Positions 10,578 through 20,393 of a DNA stretch of 64,000 bases are shown here, piece by piece. The notes under the pieces were generated by a model that ran no database searches, was not told where the DNA came from, and saw nothing but the letters and a program-made list of their open reading frames with translations. The translations under genes were made by a program, and so were the position numbers. Origin of the DNA: Sedimentisphaerales bacterium (GTDB lineage Bacteria; Planctomycetota; Phycisphaerae; Sedimentisphaerales; SM23-30); contig CAXXFK010000025.1 of NCBI GenBank assembly GCA_963663965.2, positions 128,001 to 192,000 of the forward strand, read 5' to 3'. Positions within the stretch are counted from its first letter, which is position 1. The number at the start of each line of letters is the position of its first letter.

Positions 10578-11108
10578 TATTCTTATACGGCGTTTTCATA
10601 GTGTTCAGATTAGGATCATTGACTAAAATCATGTACAGGATTTTATATCCTTTGGAGATTATTATGACTTAAACATAGTGACGCAATATAAAAACGCTAT
10701 GGTTGCCTATTGGTTTCTTGCTTACTTACAATTGTTTATTCAGGCCCCTTAACGATTTCCTGATAGAGTCTCAGAGGAATAGCAGTTTCAAATATGAATA
10801 ATCAGGTCGTGTGCATTATTATGAAAACAAGAAAAATATAATAAGATAGTCGATTGTAACTTATTGCCAGTGAAAGGATTGTGACAAAAGAAGGAGTCCG
10901 GTGGTCAAGGAGGCGCCAATTTTTTTTAAAAAACTGGTAAAAAATGGCAGGTTCAGGATAGATACTGGCATAGGATATAGTGAATCTGTTCTATTTAACC
11001 AGATCATAAGGATAGATTCATCGGAAGAGAGAATAAAATCAGTTTAAGCCGTTAAGGCGGCCTTAGCCGTATTTCTGTGTTCCAAAATTATTGTGACGGA
11101 AGAAGCCA

Positions 11109-11633
11109 GTGGATGAAAATCCCAAACAGTCCGAGCAGTTTTTAAAGCTGTTGATGTTGAACGATCGGCGGATTTATGCCTATATTCTGACGATCGTACC
11201 AAATTCCAATGATGCCGATGATATCATGCAGGAGGTTTCGTCGGTGATGTGGCGGAAGTTCGATGATTTCAAGCCGGGTATGGATTTTGCGGCGTGGGGA
11301 ATGACCATCGCGCGGTACCAGATTCTCAGTTATTTTAAGAAGCGTAAAGGTGACAAACTGCATTTTGATGATGACCTGATCGATTCGATCGGCCGCAAGA
11401 CCATCGAGGCGTTACCGGAGATGGAAGACCGGTTGCGGGCTTTGAAAAAATGTGTGAAGAAACTGGAAGATACGGATCGGGATATTCTGCAAATGCGTTA
11501 TGAGAAGAACTTTACGTTGCAGAATATCGGGGCGCATTTGTCCAAGTCGACCCGCGCGGCCTATTACGCGCTGGTCAGGATACACCGGAATCTGATGCAT
11601 TGTATCCGCATGACAATGGCGGAAGAAAATTGA
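11109..11633 (+). CDS. ECF sigma-70 factor, planctomycete/verrucomicrobial type
   Basis: 174 aa. Motifs: RIYAYI...DADDIMQEV..VMWRKFDDF..G.DFAAW...IARYQI; L..C..KL...DR.IL..RY...R....L..CI. Confidence 0.9.
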   Translation: MDENPKQSEQFLKLLMLNDRRIYAYILTIVPNSNDADDIMQEVSSVMWRKFDDFKPGMDFAAWGMTIARYQILSYFKKRKGDKLHFDDDLIDSIGRKTIEALPEMEDRLRALKKCVKKLEDTDRDILQMRYEKNFTLQNIGAHLSKSTRAAYYALVRIHRNLMHCIRMTMAEEN

Positions 11634-11635
11634 TT

Positions 11636-13318
11636 ATGACACCGGAAGATGACATTTACATTTTAACGATGGACTCGATACTGGGGCAGGCTGACGCGGA
11701 TCAGCAACGCCGCCTGGCGGAGTTATTGCGCGACGAGGCCAACCAGGATATTTATGTCGATTTTATTGTGACTTACGTGCTGTTATCGCGCCGGAGCGGC
11801 AGTTCGCTTTTTGTAGAAGATATGACCAATGGCGCGTTAAACCAATATGTTTTGAAAATGCTGGAAGAAGAAGAGAGAACGGCTCCGGTTATTCCAGTGG
11901 TGACGACTCCGCCTCTGACAGAACCGGCACGAGTGCCGCGCGCGAAGATCACCCGACAAGGTATGGCTCGTTTCATCTGGCGCGCCGCGGCGGTTATTCT
12001 GCTTTGTCTGGGCGTATTGTGGTTCGATCGATACATCATGAATACCGGGCAACAGCGTAATCCGGTTATAGTAGGCACTTTAGTCGATCAGGTGGGGGCC
12101 GAGTGGGCGGAGGCCAGTATCAAGCGTGCGCCTGGTGACATGGTCTGGAGTGGCGACTATGCGTTACAGAAGGGTGTTGTCGAGATTTTATTCGAAAACG
12201 GCGCCCGGACATTGATCGAAGCGCCGGCCCGTTTTGAATTAATCGCGCGGGACCGGATCCAACTGGATCGTGGCCGGCTGTATGCCCGTGTGCCCCGCCC
12301 GGCGATTGGTTTTACCGTGGATACCAGCAACAGCCGGATTATCGATATGGGTACTGAATTTGGAGTGCTGGTTAATGACGGATTTGAGACGGAACTGCAT
12401 GTGTTAAAAGGAAGCACCCATCTGATCAGCGGTACCGTTCGTCAGGACAAGAAAAGCCTGGTGGTCCCTGCCGGCGAGGCCCGGCGAATTGCCTCCGATG
12501 GCGGCATGGTAAACGAGATTCCATTGAAACAAAAAGAATTTGTACAGTATATCGACAGTCAGAATGAAGTGGCCTGGAACGGGCAAGACCTGGATTTAGC
12601 CGATCTGGTGGGCGGGGGCACTGGATTCGGCTCTGGCCAGGTTGGATTTGAGATCGACATGGAAACGGGCCGGATCGGACAGGCATTTGACGTGGGAACC
12701 GTTGCGGCAATGGGTTTTGTGCCTTGTGAAACCAATGCCATGATTGACGGTGTGTTTATCCCTGATGGCAGTGACGGCCCGGTACCAATTAGCAGTACCG
12801 GTCTGCTTTACGATAAATGTCCGAAAACCAACGGAACTGGCTGGGGGAATGTCCGGAATGGATACTGGCGGGCTTTGAACAATGTTGAGGTGGATGGCCG
12901 CTGGAGTCTGGACGGGACAGAATATGGAGTCGCGGAACGATCCGCGATCTATATGCATTCCAATAAGGGGATCACTTTTGACTTGCAGGCGATTCGAGGG
13001 CGTTACCCGTTTATTCAGTTATCAGGTTTTTCGACCCGTTGCGGATTGGCGGATAATGCGGTGGTTGCAGAAGATGAGGGTGACGCATTACCGCGGGCCA
13101 GTTTTTTTGTGCTGGTAGACGGCCGGGAAGTATTCCGGCGGGATAACTGTCAGATATCGGATGATGGTGATGATATTACTATCCCGCTAACTGTAGAGGA
13201 TCGTTTTTTGACATTGATGCTGACCAATGGCAAAGACAACCGCACGCGCTGGGACTGGGGATTATTTGCCCGGCCGACATTGCAGGTAATCCCAACAGGA
13301 GAACGACAAACGCCTTAG
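11636..13318 (+). CDS. FecR-domain anti-sigma factor with C-terminal NPCBM/NEW2-like sensor domain
   Basis: Starts 2 nt after the sigma stop; one TM helix. FecR motif G.VEI.F.NGA...IEAPARF...GFTV.T....IDMGTEFGV. C-terminal MHSNKGITFDL...VLVDG...DRFLTL...WG.FARP.L. Confidence 0.85.
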   Translation: MTPEDDIYILTMDSILGQADADQQRRLAELLRDEANQDIYVDFIVTYVLLSRRSGSSLFVEDMTNGALNQYVLKMLEEEERTAPVIPVVTTPPLTEPARVPRAKITRQGMARFIWRAAAVILLCLGVLWFDRYIMNTGQQRNPVIVGTLVDQVGAEWAEASIKRAPGDMVWSGDYALQKGVVEILFENGARTLIEAPARFELIARDRIQLDRGRLYARVPRPAIGFTVDTSNSRIIDMGTEFGVLVNDGFETELHVLKGSTHLISGTVRQDKKSLVVPAGEARRIASDGGMVNEIPLKQKEFVQYIDSQNEVAWNGQDLDLADLVGGGTGFGSGQVGFEIDMETGRIGQAFDVGTVAAMGFVPCETNAMIDGVFIPDGSDGPVPISSTGLLYDKCPKTNGTGWGNVRNGYWRALNNVEVDGRWSLDGTEYGVAERSAIYMHSNKGITFDLQAIRGRYPFIQLSGFSTRCGLADNAVVAEDEGDALPRASFFVLVDGREVFRRDNCQISDDGDDITIPLTVEDRFLTLMLTNGKDNRTRWDWGLFARPTLQVIPTGERQTP

Positions 13319-13554
13319 TCTTGTCAGGCAATACAAAGGAGAATGTCAATGGAAATCGATAGATATATAATATTTAACTTTATCGCCGTATACGGTCGGC
13401 CTGTTTTGGTGTATGCGGATAACGCTATGAGCAAAACCGCATCCGGGAAAGGGGGTGGTGGTTCTAAGTGTTTAAAATTTCAGGTGTATGATTTGTGTCT
13501 TGACGGCAAGGACAAATCGTTATTTTCAGGTCCATTTGATGAAAGGATGACAAA

Positions 13555-15000
13555 ATGAAGAAGTATGCAATGTTAATGATGTTAGTGGTGTTGGGGTGTT
13601 TGGTGGGAATGGCAATGGCGGAAGCGTTCCAGGTGCAGGCGACGGCCGACGTGGAGTATGGCAATGATGGACCGGGTAGTAGTACCTTGGGGCCGACTAG
13701 TCGATCGAATGGCTCAGGACTGGGAATTCGCAATTTAGGCGCGCCACGTCGTCGCGTCGCGGTGATCAGCTATAATATTTCCGCAGCAAAAGTTCCCGGT
13801 AAGGTGTTTAAAGATGTATTTTTCAGCATTTTAGGTACAAAAGACAATAAAGGAGAATTGTCAATATTTGGAGTTAAAGAAGCGTTGGATGATTATGATG
13901 TCAATTCAGGGAGTTGGAGTACGTGTCCAGGTTTAGCCAATGATCCGCTGCCTGAATTAAATACTCCCATATCGCTGGAAACGTTAGATTTAAACGATTT
14001 ATCTCAAGAATTAGTTACTTTTACGGGTATCCAAAATGGTTCGCGTATCAGTACGGAACCAAGCCTGGCGCTGGATGATTTTATCAACAGTGATACCGAT
14101 GGCATTTTGCTGTTCCTGATTGTGGGTTTGCATGAGGAAACGGATAACGCGATTATCCGTCCAATCAACTATACCACGGCCGGAACGGGTTATGGCGATC
14201 CGGAGATGCATGGTGTCGTGCTGGCAGGTGAACTGATGGTGCCGACCTGGGCCAATACTCCTACGCCGGCCAATAATGCCACGGTGTCGACGGCAGCCAG
14301 TGCATTATCCTGGACCAATCCGGAACCGAATCTGCCGGAAGGCGAGATTACCTGTGATGTGTATTTTGGCACCGACCCCAACGAGTTACTGCCCAATTAT
14401 GGTTTGACGCTGGTCGAAGGCGCGTCGGGCATTTCTGAAACCAGCATAGCCATGCCGGTTGAGTTGGAAGCGTTCCAGACCTATTACTGGCTGGTCAATG
14501 TGCATGACAGCAGCCGCGATCCTGAATTGACCGAAGGTTTGCTGTGGACATTCAATACCAACAACAAAGCGCCGGTTGTGACTGCTGCTGATGATGCATA
14601 TATCTGGCTGAATAATGCCGGCGACCCGGCAACTGCAACAGCTCCGTTGATCGGTACCGTTAAAGATGACGGTCTGCCGGATAACAGCTATACCGTGAAA
14701 TGGACCCAGACCAGCGGTCCTGAAGTCGTCATCGATCCCAATGATGTCACCAGTACTTCGGTTGTTCTGCCGGAAGCCGGCACTTATGTATTCCGCCTGA
14801 CTGCCAATGACGGTGATCTGAGCGGATTCGATGAAATCCAGATTATGGTCGCTGAAACCCCGTGTCTGGCTGCCAAGGCGAAGCCGGGATATACTCCCTT
14901 TGAATCAGACCTGGATGGTGACTGTCTGGTGAGTCTGACTGACCTGGCCATTATGGTATCCGAGTGGCTCAACTGTAACAGTCTGGCGCCATGTTACTGA
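13555..15000 (+). CDS. Secreted protein: N-terminal beta-sandwich (DNRLRE-like), FN3-like module, PKD-like domain, 4-Cys half-dockerin
   Basis: Signal peptide, SD GAAAGGA. Motifs: CDVYFGTDPN...TYYWLVN; DDGLP...WTQTSGP...GTYVFRLTANDG; SDLDGDCLVSLTDLAIMVSEWLNC. Confidence 0.75.
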   Translation: MKKYAMLMMLVVLGCLVGMAMAEAFQVQATADVEYGNDGPGSSTLGPTSRSNGSGLGIRNLGAPRRRVAVISYNISAAKVPGKVFKDVFFSILGTKDNKGELSIFGVKEALDDYDVNSGSWSTCPGLANDPLPELNTPISLETLDLNDLSQELVTFTGIQNGSRISTEPSLALDDFINSDTDGILLFLIVGLHEETDNAIIRPINYTTAGTGYGDPEMHGVVLAGELMVPTWANTPTPANNATVSTAASALSWTNPEPNLPEGEITCDVYFGTDPNELLPNYGLTLVEGASGISETSIAMPVELEAFQTYYWLVNVHDSSRDPELTEGLLWTFNTNNKAPVVTAADDAYIWLNNAGDPATATAPLIGTVKDDGLPDNSYTVKWTQTSGPEVVIDPNDVTSTSVVLPEAGTYVFRLTANDGDLSGFDEIQIMVAETPCLAAKAKPGYTPFESDLDGDCLVSLTDLAIMVSEWLNCNSLAPCY

Positions 15001-15039
15001 AATTAAATGATTTGTAATTTGTAACTACCAAAGTGACTG

Positions 15040-15079
15040 GTATGGGGTCAATCTTAATCGATTGGCCCCGTACTTTTTT
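15040..15079 (+). terminator. Rho-independent terminator
   Basis: GTATGGGGTCAATC-TTAATC-GATTGGCCCCGTAC followed by TTTTTT. Confidence 0.8.
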
Positions 15080-15987
15080 CGGGCGGGTAATAGCTTTCGT
15101 TAACTTGTTGTAAATTAATGGGATATGTGGTTTTTGGTCTATAGAGTAATTTTGGGGTATTAAAATCCGTAGAAGGGCCGCCCGGTAATTGCCATGGAAT
15201 AGATAGGGTTTCAATGTCTCCATGTTGTTTTGGCGCATTCATTGGTTATTCTACTCCTTATCACAGACTGATGCCTGGACAGCCATTTCTGACTTCATGG
15301 TTGGCCTGGATGAGTGCTCTGTTATATCTACAGTATAATCAATACGTTACAGTTCTGATGAGTTTATTCGAACAAAGCTTATGACCAGTCCGGCGGGATG
15401 GCGGATTCATTATTTTTCTTTTTTCCTATTGTTTTAATGCCGACAATAAGTATAATGAACATTATTGTCATTTATGGAATTTTCAGGTTTTAAGCAGTTA
15501 ATTATAAGCCTGTTATTGCATTTTCCAGATAGTGATGTTGCCTGTATTGATAGTTGAAGAATTTATTGACGAGACCTTAATCAGGATATCTAAAGCGGTA
15601 AATTCAGACTATCAGGCAGCTGACTTATGATCGAAAAGAAATCGCAGGAGAAAAACCATTTTTTTCGGAAAATGGCCGGTTGTTTGGGGACTCGTAGGCC
15701 CGATGGCAACCTGCCTGTTTTGCTGCATTGCGATAGCACTCGTATGTAGTTATTTTTGTGCTGGAAAGGAGAATGTGCCACTCAAATTAAGTTTCTGGGT
15801 TTAAATTACGGTATTGAATGAGCCAATAATATATATGTCTTGATAACCTTGGAATACAGGAGGTTGCCAGTCAAATTTGGCGTTAAGAGGTTTAAACATT
15901 CAGATACCGTTCGACAGAAAATGTATAGCGAAACCGAAATCTGTTAATTCCCAATAATCATTCAAACAACTTTTCAAAGGGAGATAT

Positions 15988-18900
15988 TTGAAAATGAATA
16001 GATTAAAACTGTTCTTAATTTTGTCGGTCACTCTGGCTTTTTTGGTTAGTCCCATCGTTGCCGCGCCTCTATCTACGGTAATTTATCAGGATACATTTAC
16101 CAGTGACGGTACGATTCGTTTGCCCGGGAGTTCACCGAATAATACGCCCATGGGTGATTCCGCGTTACGATGGAAAGCGTATAACAACTTTAAATTTGCT
16201 GAAGTAAATGGTAACAATGTAGTTCTTACCCTTGGTGCTGGTGAGGACTATTCGGCCATGTTGGATACCGATCTGTCGGCTATTAAAGGCACGATTCGGA
16301 TTGAGGCGGATATTATGCCTTATACTTCCGGCACCAATAAAACGAACTGGGCCAGAATTGGTTTTCAGACCGAAACGGTGCCGGCAAAGTACAGTACTTC
16401 CGATACTGCCGAAACCTGGATGTTGTTCCGCGCCAACGGCGGTTACCAGATTTTTTACAATGGCACAAACACTGGCGGCGATTCAGTGCCCGGCTATACC
16501 CTGGGAACTGTAGCTAATGTGAGTATTACTTTCAATGCCATAACCGGCGAAACCACCTATATGATCAACAACAATGTGCTTGCGACCGTTAATTTGTCGG
16601 GCACCGCGTTTATGACTGCCGCCAAACGCCCCTTCTTCGGGACTCACGATGTTGATCAGTATTTCGATAATTTCACCATATCGATGGAAGGCGCCACTAC
16701 CGCGCTGGTCAATCCCAGCCCGGCGCCGGTCCGGGTGCCTGTTGACTACGAATTAAACTGGGTTTCAGAACCCTCCGGAGGCAGTACTTTTACTTATGAT
16801 GTTTATCTGGGCACTGATTTGGCACAGGTCGCCAATCGCAACAGCGCCGTCCGGATTGCGGAAGGATTGTCTGTTACCAGCTACAGTCCTGCGCTGGATT
16901 ATGAAACCACCTATTATTGGCTGGTCGATACCCTGATCGACGGCGATCCCAATCATCCCACTGCCGTGGGTAGTTTTTCGACGGACTATGAAGAGCAGAA
17001 ATGGACCAACAGTCATTGGATGACGGATGCCGATCTGCCGTTAAGTTTTGGTAAATTCTATACCCATGCGGTGAAATTCAATGCCGCCAGCGAAGAGATT
17101 CCGATCACCGTTAAGGGGATCGTCTTCGAGCCGGCTACCGATCGGGGGGAAGTCGGCGACAGTTGGGTGATGACCGGGGCAGCCGGGCATCATGAAGGTT
17201 CTACGCCCTTTACGGGGACTGGCGAAGGGCGCATGCTGGCCGGCCGTTTCTTCTATGGCTCGCCGGCTACGATTACCATGAATGGTTTGACTCCCGGCGT
17301 TCAATACCGCACGACTCTTTATTCGTTCAGTTGGGGACTCCAGGGCGCCCGTGTGATTCAGGTGGGCACCAGTGGTGATAATCAAGTTAACCTGCTGGAT
17401 GAAAATTACAGCGCCGACACGATCGGCCGTTTGTTCTATTACACCTATACCGCGCCGGAATCGGGCAGTCTGACTCTCAGTTTCGATCAGACGGTTTACA
17501 ATTCCGCCTGGCATCATTATGCCTTCAGTAACGAATTGTATACACCGGTTTACCTGGATCCCACGCCGGCGCCGGGTGGCGATGGTACTCCGAATATCAC
17601 TTTATCCTGGCAGCAACAGGGAGAGGTCGAAGGAACCGTCACTTACAATCTGAAAGTTGCCACCGATCCCAATATGGTCAATCTGGTTGATGATAAGGCC
17701 GGCTTAAACAGCACCTCTTATCCGATCAGTCTTTCCCCGGATACCCAGTATTACTGGACGGTTGCCATAGCCCAGAATGGAACGGTGATCTATACCAGTC
17801 CGGTCTGGGACTTCATTACGACCCCGCAACCTCCCAAGAAATGGACCAGTACCTCCTGGATGAGTGATGACGACCTGCCGTTGAGTTTCGGCAAGACCTA
17901 CACCCATCTGGTCAATCTGAATACCAATGAATTGGTATCAACCTCTGTCAAAGGGATCTTGTTCGAAAACGATTCCGACAAGACCGGCGCCAACTGGTCA
18001 GTGGTTGCTCCCAATCCGCATAGTGAAGTTCGTTTCACCGGTACCGGTGATGGCCAGGCGCTGGTCAGCAGCTTTTTCTATGGCAACGGCGAACTGGCCT
18101 TGACCGGCCTGACTCCGGGCGTTGAATACCGGACGACTCTTTATACCTATGGTTTCGGTGATATTGGCGGGCGCTTTAACCGGGTGACTGCCAGCGATGA
18201 TGGTCAGTTCGAGATACTCGATGGCAATATGGATGGCAACGGCAAGGGCCGTTTGTTCCACTATACTTATGTGGCGCCGGAATCGGGGGCCCTGACACTG
18301 ACCTTTACCGCGTTAACAGGCGATACCTGGCATCAATATGCCTTCAGCAATGAAGAATATGCCCCGGTATATCTGGATCCCACGCCCCTGTCCGGGGTTG
18401 AAATGTTCCCCAGCCAGCTGAGCTGGAAACTTAACGGTGAAGTGGCCGAGCCGGTTACCTATAACCTGACGGTTGCCACCGATCCCAACCTGGTCAATCA
18501 AGTAATCAACGAAACCGGCTGGACGCCTACCAGTTACGCGGTCAGTCTGACTCCTAATACCCGTTACTATTGGTCCGTGGCAGTGGTTGAAGATGGTACG
18601 GTGATCTATACCAGCCCGGTTTGGAATTTCCTGAATACGATTCCTCCCTATGCCAATAAGGTTTTGGAATGGACATTCGATGAAACGGGCGGTCCGATCG
18701 CCGATCAAACCGGTCCCAGCGATGACGCCGATGGTATTCTGACCGGATTCATTGATCCGAACAGCACGGTTCGCAGCGCGGGTCTGGTGAATACCTGTAT
18801 CCGGCTGAATGGCGCCAGTGAGCGTGAATTTGTCGATATCAGCAATGCGGCGCCTTATATGCCTACGGGTGATGAACAGGCGTTTGCCATTTCCGGTTAT

Positions 18901-20118
18901 TTCCGCACCTTCGGCAATTACGGACCGGTGTTCTCCATGCGTCAAGTTGCTTCCGGTACGCCATTGATCGATATTGCCATTGGTTTGGATGGCCTTCAGA
19001 ACGAGCCGGGCCGTTTGTGTCTGCTTGTTCGTGACGACACAGGTTTAACCATGGGCTGGATTAATTCAGGAATTCAGGTAAATGATGGTCAGTGGCATGC
19101 CTTTGTTGTCAGCCGGTCTCAAGGTGTCTGGGAAATGTATATCGATGGCGTCAAACGCGCCTCTCGCAGTGGGATTGCCAGCGGCGCGGTGACTCTGGAC
19201 ATGCTGGGTATCGGCGCCGAGTTGCGCTGGATAGGCGACAACTGGAATGAATGGCGGACTCACTATCGCTACTTCAATGGCGATATGGATGAAATCGTGG
19301 TCTGGGCCGGCAAGATGCCTCAGATGCAGATCGATGAACTGGCCGCGGTTGTTCCGCCGTTGAACGATCTGAACAGTGACATGGCCGTTGATTCAGCCGA
19401 TCTGGGCGTAATGACCAATAGCTGGCTGGAAGATACCGCCACTCCGGTTCAGGATACCCTGGTTCTGGAAGATATGGAATCCTATAGTTATGATCCGAAT
19501 GATCCACTGTTGCAGACCTACTGGGCGCCTCCGGTGGGAGATGTCTTTGGCATTACGGAATTCTCGATACTGGATGATCCCAATGATGGGCATGGCAAGG
19601 TTCTGCGTATGGATTATGATTTCAACGGCAAGACGCAGATTGAAGGTTACTTCTGGCTGCGTGACCGCCGGTGTGATTTCGGTCAATACGATCTGTTCCG
19701 AATGACTGCCAAGAAACTGCCCGGCAGTACCAATGGGGCCCTGTATCTGGATCTCTATGATGGCCGCGGTCTGACCGATCCTGTCAAGGAAGAGTTGCAC
19801 CGTAAGGGCCGTATTCAGATTGATACGACTACCATTCCGGAAAATCAATGGGTGACTCTCGAAGTGCCGATTCCGGCTGGATGGGCCTCAGGCGGTTCAT
19901 TACCGGCTACCAGTCATGATCTGTATCAATTGGCGATTCTGATTGTTACTTCGGATACCGCCGGCAGCGGCGCATTCCTGTTGGATACCATTGAACTGAC
20001 CGACGGAACACCCACTTGTGTTCGTCCTGTGGTGGTTGAAAATGGCGCCGATCTGAACGGTGATTGTATGACCGATCTGGCCGATTATGCCCGACTGGCG
20101 CAGAGCTGGCTGGAGTAA
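15988..20118 (+). CDS. Large secreted modular protein: lectin-like N-domain, three FN3-like modules, tandem-duplicated beta-sandwich, LamG, CBM11-like domain between two dockerin-like halves
   Basis: Signal peptide, SD AAAGGGAG (TTG 15988 or ATG 15994). Internal repeat of about 270 aa. LamG motif FAISGYF...NDGQWH...MYIDG...FNGDMDEI. Two DLNxD...D...SWL repeats. Confidence 0.8.
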   Translation: MKMNRLKLFLILSVTLAFLVSPIVAAPLSTVIYQDTFTSDGTIRLPGSSPNNTPMGDSALRWKAYNNFKFAEVNGNNVVLTLGAGEDYSAMLDTDLSAIKGTIRIEADIMPYTSGTNKTNWARIGFQTETVPAKYSTSDTAETWMLFRANGGYQIFYNGTNTGGDSVPGYTLGTVANVSITFNAITGETTYMINNNVLATVNLSGTAFMTAAKRPFFGTHDVDQYFDNFTISMEGATTALVNPSPAPVRVPVDYELNWVSEPSGGSTFTYDVYLGTDLAQVANRNSAVRIAEGLSVTSYSPALDYETTYYWLVDTLIDGDPNHPTAVGSFSTDYEEQKWTNSHWMTDADLPLSFGKFYTHAVKFNAASEEIPITVKGIVFEPATDRGEVGDSWVMTGAAGHHEGSTPFTGTGEGRMLAGRFFYGSPATITMNGLTPGVQYRTTLYSFSWGLQGARVIQVGTSGDNQVNLLDENYSADTIGRLFYYTYTAPESGSLTLSFDQTVYNSAWHHYAFSNELYTPVYLDPTPAPGGDGTPNITLSWQQQGEVEGTVTYNLKVATDPNMVNLVDDKAGLNSTSYPISLSPDTQYYWTVAIAQNGTVIYTSPVWDFITTPQPPKKWTSTSWMSDDDLPLSFGKTYTHLVNLNTNELVSTSVKGILFENDSDKTGANWSVVAPNPHSEVRFTGTGDGQALVSSFFYGNGELALTGLTPGVEYRTTLYTYGFGDIGGRFNRVTASDDGQFEILDGNMDGNGKGRLFHYTYVAPESGALTLTFTALTGDTWHQYAFSNEEYAPVYLDPTPLSGVEMFPSQLSWKLNGEVAEPVTYNLTVATDPNLVNQVINETGWTPTSYAVSLTPNTRYYWSVAVVEDGTVIYTSPVWNFLNTIPPYANKVLEWTFDETGGPIADQTGPSDDADGILTGFIDPNSTVRSAGLVNTCIRLNGASEREFVDISNAAPYMPTGDEQAFAISGYFRTFGNYGPVFSMRQVASGTPLIDIAIGLDGLQNEPGRLCLLVRDDTGLTMGWINSGIQVNDGQWHAFVVSRSQGVWEMYIDGVKRASRSGIASGAVTLDMLGIGAELRWIGDNWNEWRTHYRYFNGDMDEIVVWAGKMPQMQIDELAAVVPPLNDLNSDMAVDSADLGVMTNSWLEDTATPVQDTLVLEDMESYSYDPNDPLLQTYWAPPVGDVFGITEFSILDDPNDGHGKVLRMDYDFNGKTQIEGYFWLRDRRCDFGQYDLFRMTAKKLPGSTNGALYLDLYDGRGLTDPVKEELHRKGRIQIDTTTIPENQWVTLEVPIPAGWASGGSLPATSHDLYQLAILIVTSDTAGSGAFLLDTIELTDGTPTCVRPVVVENGADLNGDCMTDLADYARLAQSWLE
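16999..18630 (+). repeat. Intragenic tandem duplication (two diverged units, period 840 bp)
   Basis: Unit 1 16999-17814 (KWTNSHWMTDADLPLSFGKFYTH...YTSPVWDF); unit 2 17839-18630 (KWTSTSWMSDDDLPLSFGKTYTH...YTSPVWNF). DNA identity is visible, e.g. GCGCCGGAATCGGG and GTGATCTATACCAG in both. Confidence 0.9.
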
Positions 20119-20142
20119 TCATTTGATACTTTAACCTTTAAA

Positions 20143-20188
20143 AGCAGGCCGTGTGTAAATCGTGCATGGCCTGCTCTCTTATTTTTTT
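20143..20188 (+). terminator. Probable rho-independent terminator
   Basis: AGCAGGCCGTGT...GCATGGCCTGCT stem followed by CTCTTATTTTTTT. Confidence 0.65.
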
Positions 20189-20393
20189 GAACCAGTTTCT
20201 GGTTTGTTATCGAAGAGAAAAGGAAGTAAACCCTCACCACAGATATATTGTATCTGCATTTCAGTGGATACGGTACGCATGTCTTTTAATATGTTCAATC
20301 GACCTCACAGAGAATCCGATGATATCAATGGATACCGGTCTGTCCAGGGCGGTAATCCTTTAATGTCATTAGGATTGAGATAAAGGAGTTCCT

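Noticed and set aside
13343..13558. 71-aa ORF between the anti-sigma and the 13555 gene
   Set aside because: GGAG is only 1 nt from the ATG, there are no recognisable motifs, and the region is better explained as a structured leader. Not fully excluded.
15080..15600. Possible ncRNA, riboswitch or small ORFs in the 1-kb intergenic gap
   Set aside because: Only short hairpins; no riboswitch consensus recognised, and the minus-strand ORFs look random.
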